DNA of 64,000 nt from Schmidtea nova (Eukaryota), in NCBI GenBank assembly GCA_044892505.1, contig CM097883.1, positions 378,262,001 through 378,326,000 of the forward strand, read 5' to 3'. This document shows positions 24,827-37,774 of this stretch, in pieces. Both the position numbers and the translations under genes were made by a program. The stretch's first letter is position 1; each line of letters begins with the position of its first letter. A model generated the notes under the pieces. That model saw nothing but the letters and a program-made list of their open reading frames with translations. It did not search any database and was not told where the DNA came from.

Positions 24827-25610
24827 ATGTCGGCAGCCGATCTAATGGAAAAATTGACCCAGATCCGGAATTCAGAAAAGGAGAGCATGGAAAGTAGATG
24901 GGCTACCCAACTCAAGGAGTTGCCCCCGCCGATTTTGCGTACCATTAACGCACAGGTATATAAGTGGCGGCGCAGATTTAATCGAATATGCCCGTTTTCC
25001 ATCTGGGTTCAAGGAAAAGATCGAGTCAACGCAGAGAGAACTCGAAAAGATGTGGCAAATCAGGAGAGCCCAGGATAAGGAGTTGGGCCTCCTCAAATAA
25101 CAATTGGCCAAGGCTGAAGCGCAAATCGCCTATTTACGTAAAAGCTGGTTTGCTCCGGCTCGGATGAAGGAGCAGATCGGGAAGACGGAGTGCGCCCAAC
25201 GGACAGCGGATGACTACAGAATGGAATGGGAAGCTACGAAAATCGAGCTTCGTAAGTGCCTGCATTCGGTAACAGCTTCCTACATCGAACGGGAGCTAAA
25301 GGACCAAATCCGACCGGTAACCTACCAGGAATGGACGGCGGAGAAAAAATTGGGAACTTCAATAGGCACGGACGTCGACGGTCTCATCGAAACCAGCAAC
25401 GAACCAACTCCATCAATCAACCTTACAACTCAAATCGTCAGTACCCATCAGAAACGCAAACGCATAGGACAGAAAAGGCGCCGACAAAGAAAGCTGTTCG
25501 CCCAAAAGCTGCAGAATCAAATCGATGCTCTGCACAAATTATCTGAGGAGGAATTACTAAACGAAGTATTTCCCCCAGAAGGAATTTTTAGCAGTGTAAT
25601 AGACAAATAA
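24827..25610 (+). pseudogene. Copy 1 fused ORF1-N/ORF2 (coiled-coil plus Arg-rich protein), with one frameshift (~25010) and one stop (25098-25100)
   Basis: The LPPPILRTINAQVYKWRRRFNRICPFSIW part matches copy 2 ORF1. The ESTQRELEKMW...AKAEAQIAYLRKSWFAPARMKEQ...KRKRIGQKRRRQRKLF part matches copy 2 ORF2. Confidence 0.8.
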
Positions 25611-26559
25611 ATGAGAGTTTTGAATTATTATCGTCCTTGTTATGTTCTCAATTTAGTTAAATAATAAATCTAAAGTAAATAATCATAAAGGCACCAAATT
25701 AGAAAACTGCATGAAAATTTTATTATAATAAAGATCAATTCTCCAGATTTTAGTGTGAATTACATAGCATACCATTAAAGCGTAAGTCCTTCTAACGGCA
25801 GCAATGAACCCGTAAACATAAATGGGGAGTAGTACTAGCGATAGTGCTCACCTGCCCATCATTGTTTAACCACCCTGCGCATTTCCAACTTGATTATCCA
25901 GGGAAATAATCAAGGGCGCTTGAGTGTATAGTTGCACATTTTATGCATGATCATGGATGAGGGATCCCTAGTCATTGTTAGAACATTTTTCATCTAACCC
26001 CTCCATGAACCCAGCACTACTATTAATAGATAAATAGTAATAATAGTAAATAATAACTAATAGATTAATATTAATAGTAATAAATATAATAATAAAGTTC
26101 ATTTCTGAACTTAGTAGATGATCATCACCACATTATTGCAAAATTTGATGAGGGTTGTACTAAGAAGAACTACGGGTGTTTAGCATACTATATATACTAA
26201 TTACAAATTAGTGACGAAAAACGATCAAACAATTTTAGAAGAAAACGAGCAAATATTATAAGATTATAGAGAGAAAACAATTCTATTAAGCATTTATTAC
26301 TGCTACCATGTTTGAAACATTTCTTAAACTAACTTTGGTAATCCTTTTATTTCTTTTTCATAATTTACCCTGAGTATTAGTATTATCTTTAATTATTATT
26401 TTACTCTTCAAATTTAAATAATTAGCAAGAGGAATTGTGGTATGAATAAGTATCAACCAAATTATGGGTTGATACTATCGCGTTAATTTTAAGCGTATCC
26501 CACAAATTTATTTATACCTTTTACCAGTCGGAGCTGTTGAGATTATTAGATTCAGCTTT

Positions 26560-27450
26560 CGCTCTTAAAAAAATCTAAGGAAAGTTTGAACAGCCGATAT
26601 CTTGCTTAGTAAAATTAAAGCAGCAGTTGTGCTATTTTTATATTTTTGGGAAACTATATTGTAAATCCAATTGTACTACTGAATAAATATTTAGCTTAAA
26701 CTAAAATTGTTTTCATTTTATATACATGCAACACATTATCATATTTATAGAGATTATAGTTTGGAGTCCAATAATTAATTTTTAACGCTAATGAAATATC
26801 ACTGAAATCTAGTAGAAAAGATTTGGTGTTTAAAAATGTTATGGCCATTTAATCACCGACAGTTCAAAGCACTTCTTGTAGAAATAAATACTGAATATAA
26901 TAACTTGTAGTACTGTAAAATTCGTTGGAAAGTTTTGACTAGATTCATGTTACTTTTAAAAATCAAAATATTCCAAATTGATAAAGGAAAGTCTACCGAC
27001 TTTATGGAAGATTTTCAGTACCTACGTGCTTTGACATTTTTAACGGATGTTACACATCTCAGATTTAGCAAACAACATATTAAACTTTCGGGAAAACGTA
27101 AATTGTTATATAAACAGCTAGAGCAATATAATTTTTGCCAAAGAAATGTTTCCCTTGCATGATATTGATTCCGGCCATAATTATACCTGCCATATTATTC
27201 GAATTCAAGAATATTTTGAGATTTTAGCCGTGAACAAAACTTGCTTAAGACATTTACGAACTCCTATAAATGAAGACGATCCATTTCAATTGAGATCGAA
27301 ATCGAAATCGAAATATCAGTAAGGCGATCAACTATATTTTTAAAGATGTATCAAGGATGAGCAGTTTCTCACCTTACATAGAAAGGCCGCGCTTTGTTCA
27401 ATCATTTACTAAACAACTTACATTTGCGAGAAAGCGTTCTACTTAATAAA
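26560..27450 (+). pseudogene. Highly degraded hAT transposase (central part)
   Basis: LNHRQFKALLVEINTEYNNL*YCKIRW and YLRALTFLTDVT are recognisable SPIN/GTF2IRD2-type motifs. Confidence 0.65.
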
Positions 27451-29329
27451 ACGTAACAGTCTCAATACAGAAATCGCTTGAATAATGATAACCCTAGCGC
27501 TGTATTGATGGAAGCAACCACAAAATTGAACCTAACATCGAAATGATTACTACCAGCATGCAGTATCAGAAATCTCACTAGAGTTGATACTAGGTTCCAT
27601 TGTAGTGTCCAAGTAGTGTAAGTAGGTAGTAACAGTTTATTTAAAATGTATATAATCACAGCTGTTTCCTGTGTCGTTCTCAGATCAACGTTTGACTACC
27701 CTTGTAGGTAGCCCTCAAATTTTATTTTAAAAATATTTTCTACTCACGAAGAGTCAGATCCTGTTCTCTTGGACCAGTCCGGCCACAGTGGCGCAGATTA
27801 TTTTCCTCCTGTGTTTTAATTTTTCTGCCTTCTAGTCACGATCCTGAAATCAACGACTTAATTCGATCAGGGGAATAAAGTTTATTCGGATTTGTTTTGG
27901 GACATCAGGGATTTTTGACTCTGTTGGTAGGATGTTTAGATTGTATAGATGTAACCTGTTGAGTGTATTATACTGTTGTATTATGGTTTGTGTAATTGTT
28001 GTTTCATGTTTGGGTATCTGTTTGATCAGTAGATCAGCAGGAGACAATGGTACCTCTGTATCGTATGTATATCGGGACATCGGAGATATCTAGGATATCA
28101 AAGACATCAGGGGATTTGGGATTTGGATGGAAGGTTGTTTGAATTTGTATTGGGATACACAAGTCTTGTATGTATACCGGGGACATCGGAGTTATTTTTC
28201 TATTGTTGGGTTAGTACTAGGTATGTCTCCAGAATCAGATCAAGTACTGTTGGATCTGGTGTGACAACATAATATCCTGGACAGAGGTATTTGTGCGAAT
28301 TTCGTGCGTTAATTAATATTTCTCTCATCTCTGTCAGGAATATTTAGTGTTTCATGATTTTTTTGACTCTTTAGGCATATAAACGGGTACCAGAAGCGAG
28401 GTGTTGGAATGATGCATCTGTATTGTCATCTTGCCGTAGCCCAAGTCTCAATTTAATATTTTCAATTTAGTATAAGGGTGTAAGTATATCATTTTTGGAT
28501 AGGGTTCTACATTGGTGGTAGTATTATAAAGGTTTTTTTCGTGGCTCATCTTCTTTTATTTTAATTTATATTTTATATTCATCATTAAGTTTTACTATTT
28601 CTTCATATTTTCATGTTCTTATCTCATCAAATTCAATAATATCATTTCTGTATAAGATTGGGAACTACGAGAGTATGTTTCCACTAATTACCTGCATTAT
28701 GTCTAGTTTGTTGGGATATTTGTTATTTTTTCAGGTTTATTAAAAATTCATGTTATTGATAGATGGTGGCTATATCTATTTTTAAGTGGATTATCTGTGT
28801 CCAAGTTAATTCAGTGGTAGTAAGAGGGACCAAAAAATTGGAAAGTGGTGTATTGAGTATTTTATTGTTTCAATATACATCTACGGAGTCTTTGTCGACA
28901 TTGCCAATGCTGTCATCATTACTGTCATCAAAACAGTCTTTACATGAGCTGTTGTTGTCATCTTCTTTGTTATTGTTTTCATTGTTGTTGTCATCATCTG
29001 AGCTGTTATATCGATTGTCTACAACATTTTTTATAAATTTATTAAATTATTCGATAACAATGACGGCAATATCTTCTTTTAGATTTTTTTATCTGCTCAG
29101 TATAAATTTGTGTTATAAGTGAAACGTATGCAAGAATTTGGGTGGAATTTCACTGAGTAGTCTATTGCTGCCATAGATTTTCCTTGTTTGCAGTTTTTAA
29201 TGAATCAATACCCATCTACTGAGCCTACATCAACATTATAAACGCCGCTGTTTAATCAAAAGTTTTTCCTAATAAGTAGCGAGAGTGACCTTTCTGACCG
29301 GTTTCGAGTATTTGCATTTTACCGAGCCG

Positions 29330-30117
29330 CCATGCCATAAAGTAAGGCGTTTTCCAATCGATTTTTGGTACATCTCGCTAGCTGTTATATTAAATTCTCA
29401 CAAAGATTTAAAGATTTTAAAAGAATTGAGAAATTATTCAAAATTGTGAATTATTATGACTCATTTGATATGCAGGGTTTCGATAATAATCTTCTGAATT
29501 GGATGGAATCAGAAAATTTAGAAATGCAAATTATTGATCTGCAATCTAATCTCATTTGGGTAAAATTTGTAAATATGAGGAAACATATCGAAAAATTTGA
29601 ATGTTTCCTATTATCACATGATGGAATCAGAATGCCGCATTGAAAACTCAATTCTAGAAGTGTGGATTAGTATGCCATATGCCTTTGGTTCTGTTAAGAA
29701 ATTAGCAATCTCATTGTTAACCATTTTCTCTTCCACTTACTCTTGTGAAAGTCTTTTCTGTATTAAATCATGTACATTCAAAAATGAGGAACAAGTTGAC
29801 AGAAGAAGATTCGGCAGCATTCATTAGCTTGCAATCGACAACATACCAGCTTGATATAAAAGATCTTGCAGATAATATGAAACAAAAACTTCTAATAAAA
29901 AATAACATTAAACTTATTATAACATTAATTTTTATATTTTAATTTTGTAGTGTTTCTTAATATTCATTAAATATAATTACATGAATTTTAATAATGCAAT
30001 ATGACAATATGTTTTTTATATATAATAAATATGGGACATAGGTACTGGCACGGTAAGAATTAAAAAAAAATTTTATCCAAATTTGGAACAGCGAACAAAT
30101 CTTATTTGCCATCCCTA
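29330..30117 (+). mobile_element. hAT 3' remnant (dimerisation domain plus right TIR)
   Basis: VKKLAISLLTIFSSTYSCESLFS...MRNKLTE; ends TTATTTGCCATCCCTA. Confidence 0.75.
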
Positions 30118-30289
30118 TTCTATCAGATGAAATTTTGTTTAATGATTAGTTTTCTTTAAGCGAATAATCTCAGATGAGGATGAATACGAGCGCGCAATGA
30201 ACGAGACTACGAAGTAACATTATGTCAATTCATTTTGGGAAAATGTGTAATGTGTGATATAATTCAGATAAAATACACTACTATAATTT

Positions 30290-30720
30290 GACTATCAATA
30301 ATATAACAACCTTGCCATTGGTCAAGCCACTGTTCCCTAACATCAACGTATGGAATGAACTGATCATGAGGGTGTGGCCTAACCTTAGATAGAAATATGG
30401 GCTGGTCGATTGATGGGCCCCAAACGAACAGCAATCTACTTAGGCTACTTTCATCAGTAAAGCTCATGGGCCGGATTGATTTCAAAAGGTATGGTGGATT
30501 GTTGGCCGTCAACATAACCTTGACGTTGTTATGGCTCACATTAACAACTCAACATACAAAACATTAGTTTAACCATCCTGTTGCCCGCCACAATGTAACG
30601 CTGGAAATGCAACAAATGGGTGGATGTCCGAAAACAGTGAGCGTCGAAAAATTCGAAACTATGACTGAGCGAACATCTCCTGGGTTCAAGAGCTACTGAT
30701 GGAAGGCTACGCGCCCAATT
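30290..30720 (+). pseudogene. Degraded ORF of unknown function inside LTR-like element X
   Basis: LPLVKPLFP...VWWIVGRQHNLDVVMAHINNSTYKTL. Homologous halves recur at 46778-46960 and 43694-43930. Confidence 0.55.
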
Positions 30721-30981
30721 TGCCCCTTAACAGAAATTATTGTTATTTATGTTCGATTATACGTAGGTGAAACTCATTGCTGGAGTTCTGCGTTCAATAT
30801 TTATATTATATTCATTTCAATTGCCATTAACTACTTTGATTATAATACTTGATAACAAAGAAAAATCAATTTACATGTGAGAAAAGTATAATTTAATACA
30901 TTCAATAAAATTACAAATAAACAATGAATTTACATGAAGAAAATAATAAAACTAAATCACAATGTTACGAGTCAAGTATTG

Positions 30982-31502
30982 TTAAGTCAATGGATTCCAT
31001 AGGGGATTTTCAAATCTGCCCAGTACACGTGCTTCCTGCCTCCGTTTTCGCCGTGTTCTGACTCCTTTGCTAGGCTTTCAGCGTTTCGGGTTTTGGAATG
31101 ACAGGCGGTTCCTCTCCTGCCCTTACCGGAAATAATTCCAGTGCTGGAAAGGCCATTTTGGGCAGGATGGCCAAGATTATGCCGCTCTCTGTCAGCAGCT
31201 TCGCTATTGTTGCATCCCTTTCTCAGGCCATCATATTACAGGCCCTTAACTGTATGGCATCTTCGGCGACCTGCAGCCATAATAGTTGATTTTGTTATAT
31301 GAGCCTATTCACATTTTCTTTGCTCGTCCATGTCGCCTCAATTACGCGACCTGAATTTTTCCATCCTGATGGTCATTATTTTCAATGCCTCTGCATTGAC
31401 CTACTTTTCCGCCTCCAGATTTGCGAGACGGTTATTGACGCGCCGGTTGTGTCGTGCGGTTTAGGCGGCTCTTTGTAATAATTCGTCTATTTTCTGTTCC
31501 AT
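30982..31502 (-). pseudogene. Degraded coiled-coil ORF ending in an Arg-rich motif (element X)
   Basis: MEQKIDELLQRAA*TARHNRRVNNRLANLEAEK...GVRTRRKRRQEARVLGRFENPLWNPLT*. TTTCAG lies 2 nt before the ATG. Several stops and frameshifts. Confidence 0.6.
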
Positions 31503-32967
31503 TGCTGAAATTATCGAAAAACATTTAAAACATATCTATCCTAACAATTTATCAGACTACGACATTCAATTGTTGGGCCCACCAAATGGTCTAAAAAGAC
31601 AAAAATAATGTAATAATTTAAACAAAAAATACAAATAATAAATACAAAAAAACATTGGAAAAACCTAAATTAAAAATCAAAATAAAATAATAAATAATAA
31701 TAACTAAATTTCCAGCAAAGGAAAAAAAATCAAATTGACACGGGAACGAGCAGCATCGGGGTCTGAAATAAGAAAATTACAAATAAAATCAAATAAGAGT
31801 ACAATTAATTAGTTAATTACTTGAAAAAATCAGGACCACCCAGCGAGAAACCTGAACCGGAAATTTAAAATGGTTTATATTAAAATAAAATAACAAAATT
31901 ACTTTGATGGACGGCCTGATCCTGATTGGTCAATCTGACCAATTGGATCAGTATAAATACCGATCCAAAAATCATGAAAGGAGACATAAAAATTTTGATT
32001 ACCGAACTGATCTATAACAATCGATTCAGTCACATCAACTTTGTTACGATAAATTTTCGAAATAATTTTTGGGAACGCATCAAACTTGGATCTTAGAGAG
32101 TAATTTTGTTTTTATTGTTATTAAAATAATTTTTATTACATGTTTCTCATGATTCCCATTTGATTTTGTTTTAATATAGTTTATTATGATTAATGAATTG
32201 GATTATTCTATTATTTTATATTATAATAAATACACTTCCTCAGTAGCTCACGCTGCGAGGGAGTAAGCCGTAAGTGTGGGATTTCACCTTTCCACAAGAT
32301 GGTGAGCGAAGTTTATATTGACAGTTTTATTTTATTTAATTGAGTCATATCAGAGGTTTACCTTAAAGTAGAGTTGTGCATGGGGCCAGGGTTGTGCTTG
32401 CAAACAGGGTCTAGTGTTGGTTAGGTAGCGTTCGATCAAACAGGAGATGTCCAAGAATAATTAAAATATCATTGATTATATGACTTAACAAATCAACTAA
32501 ATCGGTTTCACCGTATGTACGCTATGTCGAATCCACACAACTGCAGCTGATCTAGACAAATAGATGCATCCGGACACACCGAGGAGATTCCGACATTTTA
32601 ATGAAATTTTTGACTAGGGTATAAATAGTAACATAATCGAATTTAAATCACAGATTGGATAAATAAAACAGTAACCTGATCGCTGTAAATAGCGCAGGCA
32701 ATAATATTTGGATTTCTTATAAACGTATCCCGATCGCTGTATATAGCGACGGTGTTAAGCGAATAGGTTTAGGAAATTTTTCTCATTCCTTCTCTTCATT
32801 TTTTTTTGGGGTTTAAATGATCAACCTCCTCACTACAAGACCAATGAATCCTTGAATTAAAATTTATCAATATATAATTTTTTTTTGAGGGGAGCATACT
32901 TCAGCGGATTTCACTGCGATTAGCGAATTCGTCACATAAATTTTTATTGGAATCATTCTTATCTCAG

Positions 32968-33459
32968 ATGAAACCAACAATAGTGGAAGAATTTCTGGCA
33001 ATCCAACGACATGCGGCCCGGGCTGATGACCAGCCGATCCGGATGCAGCAGAAGATATTGAAATCGCTTCCACAAGAACTCCTGAGAACGCTAAATGCGT
33101 TGATGTACAAGTGGAGACGAGAACTGGGGAAAAAATGTCCGTTTTCCATTTGGACCGGTGGATCGGACACTATCATATATCGAGGAGGCCCCGGATGGGA
33201 AATTCCGGACCCCGAAACGACAGCTCAGTTCATCATAGTTTTGACGGACATCGCAGCCAATCCAACGACAGTAATCCATTGGGGATATATCTCACCCCGC
33301 ATGCTGCTTCAATTTGGTTTGATCCCGAACCACCTACCGAAAACGGGCCAAGGACGCCCCAAACTGAACTGCTCAATGGCTTGCATCCGACAAGATCCTG
33401 TCAATCACGGGTTGCACATTACCCCCGTTCACGGCCTCCAAGCGAAGCGTTTTCGCTAA
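32968..33459 (+). CDS. Copy 2 ORF1, 163 aa from the first ATG, unknown function
   Basis: Open, GC-rich frame. ATG directly follows TTCTTATCTCAG (splice-acceptor-like). The N-terminal part is conserved in copy 1. Confidence 0.75.
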   Translation: MKPTIVEEFLAIQRHAARADDQPIRMQQKILKSLPQELLRTLNALMYKWRRELGKKCPFSIWTGGSDTIIYRGGPGWEIPDPETTAQFIIVLTDIAANPTTVIHWGYISPRMLLQFGLIPNHLPKTGQGRPKLNCSMACIRQDPVNHGLHITPVHGLQAKRFR

Positions 33460-33648
33460 CAACGTTATTCACAATACTATGAATTAATATGTTTCATCAA
33501 TTAAATTGTGTTGACCTGTCTTTTTGTTTGTTATTAGTTGAATTTCGATCCATTTATGGATTTAATTACCCAAATTTTTCCACTCGACGGATAGTATTAG
33601 CCGTTGGTAGTGTAATTTCAGTATCATAAAATAGGTTTATTATTTAGT

Positions 33649-34239
33649 ATGACGGAAACCAGCCAACAGCGGGAATTGGATAAGGCGTGGAGAATCCGCG
33701 GAGCATTAGAAAAGGAGTTAAATCAAGAAAAAGCATTACGGGCTAAGGCAGAAGCTCAGATTCAGTATTTACGAACCAGCTGGTTCGCCCCAGCCCGTAT
33801 GAAGGAACAAATGAGTCGAACGGAAAGGGCTCAAAAGACAGCTGACGATTATCGCACCCAATGGGAAGCAACAAAAATTGAGTTGCGCCGATGTCTCCAT
33901 TCGGTGACGACTTCTTTCATCGAGTTCGAATTGAGATCACAGATCCGACCCATCACCTACCAGAAATGGGTAGGAGAACAGAAAGTGGCCTGCTCGGTCA
34001 GTACCGACACCGATGGTCTCGAGGTAACAACAGTACAAAGTCCGATGGAATCCACCGTTGCACCAAATCCCGTCGGAAAAACGAACAAGAGAAAGCAAAT
34101 CGGTTCCAAGCGCCGTCGCCAAAGGAAGCTGTTCTCTCAGCAGCTGCAGGCACAAGTGACCACTATGGCAGAAATGTCGGAAGCCGAGTGGTTATCAGAG
34201 ATATTCCCTCCCGAAGAAATTTTCAAGGAGTTTTTGTAG
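33649..34239 (+). CDS. Copy 2 ORF2, 196 aa, coiled-coil protein with a C-terminal basic KRKQIGSKRRRQRKLF motif
   Basis: Intact ORF; homologous to 25104-25610 with predominantly synonymous differences. Confidence 0.85.
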   Translation: MTETSQQRELDKAWRIRGALEKELNQEKALRAKAEAQIQYLRTSWFAPARMKEQMSRTERAQKTADDYRTQWEATKIELRRCLHSVTTSFIEFELRSQIRPITYQKWVGEQKVACSVSTDTDGLEVTTVQSPMESTVAPNPVGKTNKRKQIGSKRRRQRKLFSQQLQAQVTTMAEMSEAEWLSEIFPPEEIFKEFL

Positions 34240-34369
34240 CAGATAAAATCATAACATGATGTCAGCTTTTGGTGTTGATTAAATTTTTGCTTGTTTTGTT
34301 TTTTTTTTGTTATTTCCTATGTATTTCCTTCGGTTACACAGTTCATAATAATTAAATTTAAATTACATG

Positions 34370-36713
34370 TGTTGGGTTATTATTCTGTAAGATCGGTTTA
34401 CTGACCTGACTCCTCGTGCTCTTTAATTATCGAATTCAATGAACCCAACACAGAACAATCTTTTTATTCACGCTCAACACAAATTACAATTTTTGTTACA
34501 CACACGTTTGATTAATTTACGCTTTATTTCGGATTCGGATTTGACTCTTTAATTCACAGGATGCTTTCTTACTTTGTCTGTTTAATCTCTTCAGGATCTT
34601 TCTCTATTCGTTTTCAAAGTCTTTGTAATAATCTCTTTTTAACTGTCCACTCGTCGGCCCCGTGCTCTGTTTTGCGTTGCCTTTTATAGTTCTAGCACAT
34701 AGCAATTAAGTTTTATCGATACCTAAAAGTTAACCAATATCGGGTTTAATTGTTTGGCTAACAAATTATTTTAATTATCCTCGGATGGATTTTTCCTAAT
34801 TGCCCCGACTTTGATCTCTCGGGTCTCTTTGCGCTCGGGCTTCCCTCATCGCTCGGGTTTCCCATTGCCTCGGGCTTCCCATTGTCTCGGGTTTCCCATT
34901 GAGCGATTAATTAATTTTAATTAGTTTGTTTTTATTAAATAACTTTCTCTGGGGACCCCTTACTAACTTTCTATTATTAGTTTTGGGTTCGTCTTTTGAT
35001 TCGGCATTCAACCATACCCATTTCCCCCAATGAATATTAATTTAAAATTTTTGATAACTTTTAATTAATTTTTGAACTTTTATTTATTTTACTTTTGTGA
35101 TTTTTATATAAACCCCAACATATCTCACCCCTTTATTTAAGATTCGTCCTCGAATCCGTATTTTGATTTGTTATTTTATTAAAATGGTAGAGTCTACTCA
35201 ATACTATAAATGTGCATAATTATAATTATTAGTAAAAGTTTGGACTATAAATTAGATGGTAGAGTACTCTCAATACCAACTATAATAGAATACTCAAATA
35301 TACTAATATTGATTTCATATCATAATAGAGACACTAATGAATAATAATAAATGACGATATTACTATTATTATATTTATACCTACCCATACTAATATTAAT
35401 AACGGCCTAATAGTGCTACAAGAAATAACAAATTATTGATTTTACTAATAAAGTTTTAGAACAATTATGATGATCATAACAGCAATACTGCTAGTAATAA
35501 TAATAATTTTACTTAAAATTCTATAATAACAATGATAATTCTTAATAAAGCTTTTGGTTTTAATAATCCTAACAACAACATTAACAATAATAATGATAAT
35601 AATAGTAATAATAATAATAATAAAAGGATTACATTTATTTTTAACAATATTTTAATAATACTTTTATTAATATTCTCTTTTTTTTTTCCAACTACAACAA
35701 TAATTATTATTTCAATAATTATAATAATAAAAATAATAATAATAGTTAATTAATAAATCAGCTTTTCTGATCATATTTATTGAATATCATTATAACCATC
35801 ATGATAGATGCAGAAAATCTAGTTTAAATAAATTAATGTTTATTCCTAAAATTGGCATTGCCGATAATTATAATTTTGAAAATTTAATCGGTGTTTGCCG
35901 ATTATTGATAAGACTGTTATTTTGAAAATCGGCCTTGCCGATTATCTCTATTTATGCCTTTGTCGGCATAACTCAATTAAATTTCAGATGGCAATTTTGC
36001 CAGGGATGGAATTAGCCAATCACATGGTAGTTATTCGTGATTGGCCACCTCCTTCTCTTCTTAAGGGCTCGTTATTTTTTTTATTTCCTTTTATTCAAAT
36101 GGAATTAAAATATCGATCGATGTATTAAATATTAAATATTAAATATCAATATCAATAATTTAAAATTGTTAATATTTTAGTAAAACCTTTTGTTGTCTAA
36201 ACCAACGAAGCACATCTCCACTCCGACCAAGAAAACACAATCAAGCCATCACACAACGACCAAACAACCAACTCCTTGTGCCCCCCAGCTAATCGATGAC
36301 CTCAAATCAAATTCCAACTTGCGATCCCGTCAACAACTACTGCCAACAAAGCCTCCCACACTACTTACCGGTCACGAAACGGCCCTAAATCACCACTCGG
36401 CCTCCAATGTTTGGAAATTTGGTATCTAATTAAAAATTTCTAAAAAATTTTTTTTTTTTGCTTTCCTTATACTACGAATAATAATAATATCAGCCATAAT
36501 NNNNNNNNNNNNNNNNNNNNNNNNNNNNNNNNNNNNNNNNNNNNNNNNNNNNNNNNNNNNNNNNNNNNNNNNNNNNNNNNNNNNNNNNNNNNNNNNNNNN
36601 NNNNNNNNNNNNNNNNNNNNNNNNNNNNNNNNNNNNNNNNNNNNNNNNNNNNTAACCATAATAATAATGACCACAATCATAACAATAATAATAACCGTAA
36701 TAATAATATTAAC

Positions 36714-36744
<31 letters not shown>

Positions 36745-37774
36745 GTAATGATAATAATAACTGCTATTACCCCCAATAATAACAATCTTAATAATACTAT
36801 CAATAATCACCACAAGGATGACTATAGATCAAAAATTTTCATACAAACAACATACATTTGATAAAGGCTATGCAGAAATATTGTGTTATTATTTATACAA
36901 AAACCATTGATGATAAAAAGATCAAATGTGAAAAAAAGATAATTTTGATTCATAATATTAATAGTAAATAATAAATAATACACCACAATGATACATTATC
37001 ATCCTGACTATACCATTATCCTGATTATAATATTATTTTGACAGTAATGATTATTAATACTAACAATAATACTTATAGTTGAAAGAAATAATAATGATAA
37101 TAACAATAATAACAATATTCACAACAACNNNNNNNNNNNNNNNNNNNNNNNNNNNNNNNNNNNNNNNNNNNNNNNNNNNNNNNNNNNNNNNNNNNNNNNN
37201 NNNNNNNNNNNNNNNNNNNNNNNNNNNNNNNNNNNNNNNNNNNNNNNNNNNNNNNNNNNNNNNNNNNNNNNNNNNNNNNNNNNNNNNNNNNNNNNNNNNN
37301 NNNNNNNNNNNNNNNNNNNNNNNNNNNNNNNNNNNNNNNNNNNNNNNNNNNNNNNNNNNNNNNNNNNNNNNNNNNNNNNNNNNNNNNNNNNNNNNNNNNN
37401 ACAATAATGATAACAACAATAACAATAACAATAACAGTAACAATAATAACAATAATAATAATAATAATAACAATAATATTAATAAGGTTTTTACTAATAA
37501 TACTGGTGATGCTAGTAATGTTAATGCTCTCATATTGTATGCGGGTTTCCCATTGAGCGATTAATTAATTTTAATTAGTTTGTTTTTATTAAATAACTTT
37601 CTCTGGGGACCCCTTACTAACTTTCTATTATTAGTTTTGGGTTCGTCTTTTGATTCGGCATTCAACCATACCCATTTCCCCCAATGAATATTAATTTTAA
37701 ATTTTTGATAACTTTTAATTAATTTTTGAACTTTTATTTATTTTACTTTTGTGATTTTTATATTAACCCCAACA
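34370..37774 (-). mobile_element. Non-autonomous LTR retroelement nested in copy 2
   Basis: TSD CATG on both sides. Complete 3' LTR at 34370-35120 (TGTTGGGG...CCCAACA on minus; TATAAAA near 34685; AATAAA near 34465) preceded by PPT AAAGGGGTGAGATA. Partial near-identical 5' LTR at 37541-37774. The interior is (AAT)n-rich with gaps and no visible gag/pol. Confidence 0.8.

Larger units (their letters stand above)
23447..26016 (+). mobile_element. ORF-bearing TG...CA element, copy 1 (giant solo-LTR-like)
   Basis: Starts TGTTGGG, ends CCCAGCA; 4-bp TSD CTAC on both sides; collinear with 31571-38119. Confidence 0.85.

Noticed and set aside
25781-26016. Hammerhead or HDV-like ribozyme, tRNA or snRNA identity for the conserved 3' module
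   Set aside because: The canonical cores were not found by eye; kept only as an unassigned structured RNA candidate.
27640-29150. Possible LTR-retroelement 3' region or gag remnant on the minus strand
   Set aside because: Coding-like composition and a short internal direct repeat, but no diagnostic motif or defined termini.
36420-36426. TGGTATC resembling an iMet primer-binding site
   Set aside because: Only 7 nt match, it is not adjacent to an LTR end, and it is on the wrong strand for the surrounding element.
35532-37564. Poly-I/N/L ORFs
   Set aside because: They are translations of (AAT)n microsatellite and N gaps.
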